33,209 nucleotides of DNA from a bacterium (lineage in GTDB: Bacteria > Zhuqueibacterota > Zhuqueibacteria > Oceanimicrobiales > Oceanimicrobiaceae): contig JBHHYI010000029.1 of NCBI GenBank assembly GCA_046757525.1, positions 1 to 33,209 on the forward strand, read 5' to 3'. Shown one piece after another: positions 27,040 through 33,209 of this stretch. Position 1 is the stretch's first letter; every line of letters begins with the position of its first letter. Below the pieces are notes generated by a model, which was not told where the DNA came from, did no database searches, and was given only the letters and a program-made list of their open reading frames with translations. A program made the position numbers and the translations under genes.

Positions 27040-27327
27040 ACAGGTCAAGACTGGGCTGTCGGCCCACCGCCATTTTTGCAACAGCTTGTTGCAAAAATGC
27101 CAGCCAAAATTCTGCCACAGCCTGTGGCAAAAACGCCGATTCATCGAGGCGGAGCTAACACAAGTGAAACGCCAACCACGAAAAGCACGGAAAATAGAGA
27201 AAGGCGAAAGAAAATGAGCACCCAATCTAGATGGTCCGCCTATTCCGCAGAATACAAGCTCCCCCTGCCGGATGAAAAACAACTGGCAGAAGAGTTGAAC
27301 GGGACGCGGCGGATGCTGGAGGCGCGG
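26929..27327 (+). repeat. 78-bp direct repeat (26929-27006 and 27250-27327)
   Basis: 72 of 78 positions identical by manual alignment; both copies encode EYKLxLPDEKQLAEExNxTRRMLEAR. Confidence 0.92.
27071..27129. repeat. Two tandem palindromes with a 36-bp period
   Basis: CATTTTTGCAACA-GCT-TGTTGCAAAAATG (27071-27099, 13-bp perfect) and TGCCACA-GCC-TGTGGCA (27113-27129). Confidence 0.92.
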
Positions 27328-27369
27328 CGCAGGGGGGAAAATAAGGGGGAGAGGGATGAAGTGGCCTGA
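27073..27369 (+). pseudogene. Second, heavily reduced DUF1016/YhcG remnant
   Basis: LQQLVAK/ILPQPVAK variable-region units, then WSAY joined directly to SAEYKLPLPDEKQLAEE. Confidence 0.7.
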
Positions 27370-28549
27370 AGTACGCCTTAACGACATACTAACGCTTGAG
27401 TACGGGCGTGCTCTTCGCAAAGACGCCCGAAACTCAGCAGGCGATGTTCCCGTGGCCGGGTCGAACGGCACCGATGGTTGGCATACCATGGCGCTTGTGG
27501 ATGGCCCAGGAATTGTCATCGGTAGGAAGGGGTCGGCTGGAAAGGTAACTTGGTTTGATACCGCCTTTTGGCCAATAGACACGACATATTATGTGAAACT
27601 GAAGACAATCTGCGGTTTCCGATGGGTCTACTATCTTCTTAATCACCTTCAACTTGAGAGACTTGCAATTGTAACAGGTGTGCCTGGTTTAAATCGCAAT
27701 GATGCCTACAACCAGCGGCTAAAGCTCCCTCCCCTCTCCGAGCAGCGCCGCATCGTGGAGATTCTCGACCCGGCGGATGCCCTGCGCAAAAAGCGCGCCG
27801 AAGCCGTCGCCAAAGCCGAGCGCATCCTGCCCGCGCTGTTCTACAAAATGTTCGGCGACCCGGCTACGAACCCGATGGGGTGGGATGTAGGCACTTTAGA
27901 AGACGGAGGGGCAAAAGTGCGTTATGGACTCGGCCAACCTCCGAGTACAAGTCCTTCTGGTATTCCCTTGATTCGGGCTACAAATATCCATAAAGGTAAA
28001 ATCAGCTCAAAAGATATGATTTTAGTAGATAAGAGTGCGGTTCCAAGATCTAGAAACGCTTTTTTATCTGCCGAAGAAGTGATTGTTGTAGGAAGCGGAG
28101 CCTATACCGGGGACGTTGCTCAGGTAACCGAAGACTGGGAGGGTGCAGTGGCGGGATACGATTTGGTAATCACACCGGGGCAAGATTTCTGCGGTGAGTT
28201 TTTGGAGGCGTACTTACTTACTCCTCATACTCAGAACAACTATTTTAATAATTTAAAAGCTCGAGCCGGCCAACCTCATTTAAATGCTTCTCAGCTAGCT
28301 AATACCCCGATCTTTTTTCCACCCAAGTCGTTACAAAGAAAATTTGCTAAACGAGTGTGGGACCTTCGACAACTACGGCAAAAGGCTGAGAATTCTAGCG
28401 AGGCATTGGATTCCTTATTTAACTCACTAATGCATAGCGCTTTCACGGGCGACCTCACGGCCAAATGGCGCGAGGCCCACATACAGGAGCTGCTGGCCGA
28501 GATGGAGGAACAAGTGAAAGCGTTGCAATTGGTTACAAAAAGTCTTTAA
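27356..28549 (+). CDS. hsdS: Type I RM specificity subunit
   Basis: 397 aa with two TRDs separated by PPLSEQRRIVEILD...LFYKMFGDP..NP.GW; second conserved block PPKSLQRKF...AFTGDL. Confidence 0.92.
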   Translation: MKWPEVRLNDILTLEYGRALRKDARNSAGDVPVAGSNGTDGWHTMALVDGPGIVIGRKGSAGKVTWFDTAFWPIDTTYYVKLKTICGFRWVYYLLNHLQLERLAIVTGVPGLNRNDAYNQRLKLPPLSEQRRIVEILDPADALRKKRAEAVAKAERILPALFYKMFGDPATNPMGWDVGTLEDGGAKVRYGLGQPPSTSPSGIPLIRATNIHKGKISSKDMILVDKSAVPRSRNAFLSAEEVIVVGSGAYTGDVAQVTEDWEGAVAGYDLVITPGQDFCGEFLEAYLLTPHTQNNYFNNLKARAGQPHLNASQLANTPIFFPPKSLQRKFAKRVWDLRQLRQKAENSSEALDSLFNSLMHSAFTGDLTAKWREAHIQELLAEMEEQVKALQLVTKSL

Positions 28550-28595
28550 TTACAGGAAGGGCAGCATGATTCATCTCTTATTCGGGAATTAAAAC

Positions 28596-31364
28596 ATGGA
28601 CATCGAAAGAGATAAGATTACAGGCTCGAAGTGGTGGAAATTTGATTTCCATACGCATTCGCCAGCCTCAAAAGATTATGGCAAAGGCCCGAACCAGGCA
28701 CAGCTCAAGAAAAGGACGCCGCGAGAGTGGCTTCTGGATTTTATGCGGGCCGGCATTGACTGCATTGCCGTAACTGACCATAACTCAGGCGAATGGATAG
28801 ACCGGTTGAAGGAAGAGCTTGCCCGTATGAGAGAAGAGCAGCCTCCGGATTATCGCCCCTTGTATCTTTTCCCAGGCGTGGAGATCTCGGTCAACGGCGG
28901 CATTCACGTGCTTGCGATTTTGGCAGACAATAAAACCAGTCACGATGTTTCCTCTCTTCTGGGCGCGGTCGGCTACTCCGGCGAGCCTGGCGAAACGCGT
29001 TGCTGCACCACCAGGACCGTAACAAAAGTCATTGATGAAATAGCTCATCGTGGGGGGATTGCCATCCCGGCTCATGTTGACAAAGAAACCGGGTTATTCT
29101 ATAAAACTCCAGGAGGAACGCTAGAGCAGGTTCTCGAGAATGCCGGGTGGTTTGCCATGGAAGTTTGTGACCCGGCCTGCAAGAAGCCTGAGCTTTACAC
29201 CAGCATGAAGCTTCAACACGCGGAGCTGCTCGGTTCGGACGCACATTTGCCAGAGCAGGTCGGAACAGGCTACACCTGGGTGAAGATGACGAAACCGAGT
29301 CTTGAGGGTCTTCGCCTGGCGCTTCTCGATGGTTCCTTGTCCATTCTTCGTTCCGGTCAAAGCGCCGATGATCCGAATGTTCACGCACCGATTGTCGTTG
29401 AATCGATTCAAATTGCCGACGCCAGGTACATGGGGCATGGTCAACCTCTGGAAGTTCCGTTCAGTCCCTGGCTTAACGCCATCATCGGTGGGCGTGGCAC
29501 CGGCAAATCTTCGGTGATCGAGTTCTTGCGGATGGCTCTTCGCCGGGAAGACGAGTTGCCGCAAAAACTAAAATCTGACTTTGAGGATTTTAAGAAGCTT
29601 CCACTCAGCCGCGACGATCGTGGCCTGCTTACTGAAGATACGCAAATTCGGGTAACTTATCGCAAGGATGGGATACGCTTTCGGATTCAATGGGATCAGG
29701 CTGGCGCTTTGGAAGCAATCCAGGAGCAACAAAATGAAGGCGACTGGAAGACAGTTACTGGAGATGTTCGCCGGCGATTTCCTGTGCGTATCTATAGCCA
29801 GAAACAAATATTTGAATTGGCAACCGGGCCTGAGGCGCTGCTAAGTATAGTTGATGAAGCTCCGGAGGTAGATCGTGCCGTTCGGGACGAAAGGTGGCAA
29901 GCGGAAGTGAACCGATTTCTTGCTCTGCGTGCCAAAGTACGTGAAGTCGCGGCTGGTCTGGCCGAAGAAGGCACTCTGAAGGGTGAACTTGACGATGTGA
30001 AGCGAAAGCTTGCTGTGTTCGAAGCGGCTGGACACAAAAACATTTTGCAGGAATATCAACTGCGCCGTCGCCAGAAGCGTGCGATTGCGGAATGGCTTGA
30101 AAGCTTTCAAAGCACAGGGGAAAAACTGCTCGGACTGGCAGAGGAAGTCCTTCCTACAACCATTGATGAAACAAAATTCGATGGCAAGACAGATGCGGAT
30201 AAAAATCTTCTCGAAAATGTTCGAACTATTTCAAATCGACTCTTGACTTTAACAAGAAAGGTCCAGAAGCTGGCGGAAGAGGCTGATGCCATTTTCGAAG
30301 ACGGCAGGAAGATGGTGGAACAGTCATCATGGAAGAAGGCTTTGACCAAAACAGAGAAAGCTTATGCAGAACTTGTGGAAAAACTCGAACGTGAGGGCGC
30401 TGGGGATCCGGACATATACGGTCGTCTTGTTCAGGAAAGGCAAAGGCTTGAACAAAAATTGTCGGGTCTGGAAAGCAAAAGAAAGACCATGTCTGATCTC
30501 GAAAAACAAGCCCAGGAAAGCCTTGCCAGACTCCGAGATTTACGCCGTGAATTGACCCGGCGGCGTATCGATTTTCTGGCAAAAGTCGTTGGCGACAACC
30601 CACATGTGCGAATCGAAGTTATTCCGTACGGCGATATCGGCGGTGCGGAAGCAGAATTCCGTGAACTCATTGGCAAGGATAAACCAACTTTCCAGAATGA
30701 TATCTGGTCGGATGATGGAGAGAGCGGCATTTTAGGTGAGCTCTATCGTGATTATCCGAGTTCATTGTCAGAAAAAAAATTTGAATCTCGCCTGATTGAA
30801 CTGAAGAAAGAACTTGGTTCAGTGAGGGACGGCTCCTCTTCCCTGACTTTTCACGATCAAAGGTTTGCTTCGCACCTGGCAAACTTGAAACCGGAAGTTT
30901 GGGACAGACTGGAATGTTGGTTTCCAGGGGACTCGCTTAAAGTGACCTATCGTCCTCGCCCTGAGGCCAAGGATTTCAGACCTATCGAGCAAGGATCACC
31001 AGGTCAGAAAACTTCGGCCATTCTTGCTTTCCTGTTGGCGTATGGTGAAGAGCCGATGATTTTGGATCAACCCGAAGATGATCTCGATAATCACCTGATT
31101 TACGATCTTATCGTACAGCAACTACGAGCAAACAAAAGGCGTCGTCAGATTATTGTTGTGACCCACAATCCCAATATCGTGGTTAACGGCGATGCCGAGC
31201 TCGTTTTAGCATTAGATATACGCTGTGGTCAGACGCATATCATCGAACAGGGAGGCCTTCAGGAACAATCTGTTCGGGATGAGATTTGCCGTGTCATGGA
31301 AGGAGGACGTGAAGCGTTTGAGCTTCGTTATCGGCGTATTGGTGAGGGAGGAAGCCATGTTTGA
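28596..31364 (+). CDS. PHP phosphoesterase fused to a coiled-coil ABC/SMC-type ATPase (Ppl/TrlF-like defence protein)
   Basis: PHP motifs DFHTHS, TDHN, GVEI, HVL, AHVD and GSDAH; Walker A GGRGTGKS; long coiled coil; signature SPGQ; Walker B ILDQPEDDLD; H-loop VTHNP. Confidence 0.88.
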   Translation: MDIERDKITGSKWWKFDFHTHSPASKDYGKGPNQAQLKKRTPREWLLDFMRAGIDCIAVTDHNSGEWIDRLKEELARMREEQPPDYRPLYLFPGVEISVNGGIHVLAILADNKTSHDVSSLLGAVGYSGEPGETRCCTTRTVTKVIDEIAHRGGIAIPAHVDKETGLFYKTPGGTLEQVLENAGWFAMEVCDPACKKPELYTSMKLQHAELLGSDAHLPEQVGTGYTWVKMTKPSLEGLRLALLDGSLSILRSGQSADDPNVHAPIVVESIQIADARYMGHGQPLEVPFSPWLNAIIGGRGTGKSSVIEFLRMALRREDELPQKLKSDFEDFKKLPLSRDDRGLLTEDTQIRVTYRKDGIRFRIQWDQAGALEAIQEQQNEGDWKTVTGDVRRRFPVRIYSQKQIFELATGPEALLSIVDEAPEVDRAVRDERWQAEVNRFLALRAKVREVAAGLAEEGTLKGELDDVKRKLAVFEAAGHKNILQEYQLRRRQKRAIAEWLESFQSTGEKLLGLAEEVLPTTIDETKFDGKTDADKNLLENVRTISNRLLTLTRKVQKLAEEADAIFEDGRKMVEQSSWKKALTKTEKAYAELVEKLEREGAGDPDIYGRLVQERQRLEQKLSGLESKRKTMSDLEKQAQESLARLRDLRRELTRRRIDFLAKVVGDNPHVRIEVIPYGDIGGAEAEFRELIGKDKPTFQNDIWSDDGESGILGELYRDYPSSLSEKKFESRLIELKKELGSVRDGSSSLTFHDQRFASHLANLKPEVWDRLECWFPGDSLKVTYRPRPEAKDFRPIEQGSPGQKTSAILAFLLAYGEEPMILDQPEDDLDNHLIYDLIVQQLRANKRRRQIIVVTHNPNIVVNGDAELVLALDIRCGQTHIIEQGGLQEQSVRDEICRVMEGGREAFELRYRRIGEGGSHV

Positions 31365-32619
31365 TACAGTTGATGAGCTTTTAGACAAGATTCGGCTTGG
31401 TGAAGATTCTATTCTCGAGCTTAAGGCCGTCCATTTTAGGGGGAACAAGGTCGCTGGTCCCCGTCGGGATGCCCTTGCGGATGAGCTTGCCGCAATGGCA
31501 AATACCAACGATGGAGTTTTTCTGTTGGGTGTGGACGACAAGACCCGCGAGGTCGAAGGCATTCCTATCGAAAAGCTGAATGCGGTCGAAGACCTTGTTC
31601 TGGAAATCTGTAATGACGTCATAAAACCACCCCTCAATGTAATAACTGTCCGTATGGAACTGCCAGATACATTGGGGGTTTTGCGTCCCATTCTAAAAGT
31701 AGATGTACCGCGCAGCCTCTTTGTGCACAAAAGTCCGGGCGGATATTTTCGTCGTCATGGAAATAGGAAACAAGAGATGACTCCGGAGCAATTGGCGCGG
31801 TTGTTCCAACAACGAAGCCAGGCGAGGCTCATTCGTTTCGACGAACAAACTGTGCCAGAGACATCAGTGGAAGATTTGGATAAGGAGTTGTGGCGTCGTT
31901 TCGTCGCCATAAGTCCGGATGAGCCTCTCACGACTCTCCGCAAACTCAAGTTGATCTCGGTAGATGAATCCAATATTGAAAGAGCAACAGTAGCAGGTAT
32001 TCTGATGTGTTCGCGTCACCCCGAGAATTGGTTACCCGGAGCATTCATTGAAGCTGTGCGGTACAGAGGCAATCGTCAAGATTCCAATTACCAGGTCGAT
32101 GCAAGCAAAATTACCGGCCCACTTGACCAGCAAGTCGCACAGGCTCTCGCATTCGTTCGCACCAATATGAAAATCTCCGCAGTAAAGGCCCTGGCACGTA
32201 GGGAAATTCCGCAATTTAGTGAAAGGGCTGTTTTTGAAGCGATAGTGAACGCTGTGGCTCATCGCGATTATGCAATTTATGGCTCAAAGATCCGACTTTT
32301 CATGTTTGACGACCGGCTCGAGCTCTACTCTCCTGGCACCTTGCCAAACACAGTAACGGTCGAAAGCCTACCTCTGCGACAGGCAACACGAAATGAACTT
32401 GTGACGAGTTTACTCGCCCGCTGTCCTCTTGAGGAAGACGACCGCCATGTTGGCCGACAGTACTTAATGGAGAAACGCGGTGATGGCATTCCGATTATCT
32501 TGCAAGAAAGCTACACACTTTCGGCGAGATATCCGGAGTATCAACTTATTGATGATGCGGAACTCCTGCTTCGGATTTACTCCGCGACTTTGCCAAATGA
32601 ATCAGGTAAAGCGGATTAG
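31357..32619 (+). CDS. Schlafen/AlbA_2 domain + HATPase_c_4 ('RecG C-terminal'-annotated) protein
   Basis: Start placed at ATG 31357 after GGAGG, overlapping the upstream gene by 8 nt. Motifs GEDSILELK, AMANTNDGVFLLGVDD, EAIVNAVAHRDY, SPG, RN and E.RGDGI. Confidence 0.87.
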   Translation: MFDTVDELLDKIRLGEDSILELKAVHFRGNKVAGPRRDALADELAAMANTNDGVFLLGVDDKTREVEGIPIEKLNAVEDLVLEICNDVIKPPLNVITVRMELPDTLGVLRPILKVDVPRSLFVHKSPGGYFRRHGNRKQEMTPEQLARLFQQRSQARLIRFDEQTVPETSVEDLDKELWRRFVAISPDEPLTTLRKLKLISVDESNIERATVAGILMCSRHPENWLPGAFIEAVRYRGNRQDSNYQVDASKITGPLDQQVAQALAFVRTNMKISAVKALARREIPQFSERAVFEAIVNAVAHRDYAIYGSKIRLFMFDDRLELYSPGTLPNTVTVESLPLRQATRNELVTSLLARCPLEEDDRHVGRQYLMEKRGDGIPIILQESYTLSARYPEYQLIDDAELLLRIYSATLPNESGKAD

Positions 32620-32622
32620 AAA

Positions 32623-33123
32623 ATGCTAACCTGCATCCGACTCGGCAACTTCACAGCCTTCGTCGAAGCGCAGAAGCTGCCGCTGAAACCGCTTACGCTC
32701 ATCTTCGGCGCCAACAGCGCCGGCGAGTCGGTGGACCTGGGCGGATTCCGCCAGTACGTCCACCGCCGCGACACCGAACGCCGGGTCGAATGGAGCGCGG
32801 AAATCGACACCGCCAAACTCACCGGACAACTGGCAGCCATGCTGGCGCCGGTAAACCGCGTGGCAGTCTCTGTCGAAATTGGCCTGGCCCATGAAGAGCG
32901 GAAAGAACGCAAGAAGACCACCGACCCAAAAACCGGCAAGGAAATCGAAGTGGAGGTGCCGAGCGGTGAAATGGTAGCCACCGGCGAGCCGGGCGGTGCA
33001 GACCTACGAATTGCTTATCGCAAACAAGCGGGCCGCAACATGGCCGAAGTTGATCGCATATTAGGACAAAAGCCAAGGACGGAAAAACAGCGGCCATATC
33101 GGTTAAAGCAGAAAAGAAACTAA
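32623..33123 (+). pseudogene. Truncated and internally deleted AAA_15/AAA_21-type ABC ATPase
   Basis: IRLGNFTAF...LKPLTLIFGANSAG stops where KS should follow and continues ESVDLGGFRQYVH. No Walker B. The last ~45 codons look unrelated. Confidence 0.72.
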
Positions 33124-33209
33124 TCCAGTGACAGAATTGCAATTATTGGTCGCGTACCCTCGGCAATCCCCAGTAAGATCCTGACTCTCTCCCTTCTACT
33201 CCGCATAAA

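Noticed and set aside
26929..27327. Direct repeat as a diversity-generating retroelement TR/VR pair
   Set aside because: No reverse transcriptase in the window, and only one of the six mismatches involves an adenine.
31225..31356. 44-codon N-terminal extension of the Schlafen-domain ORF
   Set aside because: It overlaps the ATPase C-terminus, and a GGAGG RBS supports ATG 31357.

Overview
Bacterial chromosomal window, almost entirely + strand coding. The gene complement suggests a diderm of the FCB/KSB1/Calditrichota type (inference, not tested). Bases 1-24.3 kb are mostly housekeeping: an aldehyde dehydrogenase + lysine 6-aminotransferase pair, rsmI, an inositol-lipid cluster (CDP-alcohol phosphatidyltransferase, an intervening Pol-beta-type nucleotidyltransferase, ino1), MATE, tmk, an S41 protease, ppdK, an MtnX-like phosphatase, an ABC1/UbiB kinase, an OmpA-domain protein, a LytR_C protein, mtnA and a TPR lipoprotein. 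Two accessory blocks are present. The first (about 13.4-16.5 kb) holds a NotI-family endonuclease convergent with a Dam-type adenine methyltransferase, plus a DUF433/DUF5615 toxin-antitoxin pair. The second (24.7 kb to the end) is a defence island. In it, the type I RM genes, two DUF1016/YhcG copies and an AAA ATPase have collapsed through repeated internal deletions that removed catalytic motifs, while hsdS, a PHP + ABC-ATPase (Ppl/TrlF-like) gene and a Schlafen/AlbA_2 gene remain full length. The most unusual sequence-level signal is a set of perfect palindromes with different sequences but the same geometry and codon phase, inside the variable region of both DUF1016 copies. No rRNA, tRNA, CRISPR array, integrase or transposase was seen.
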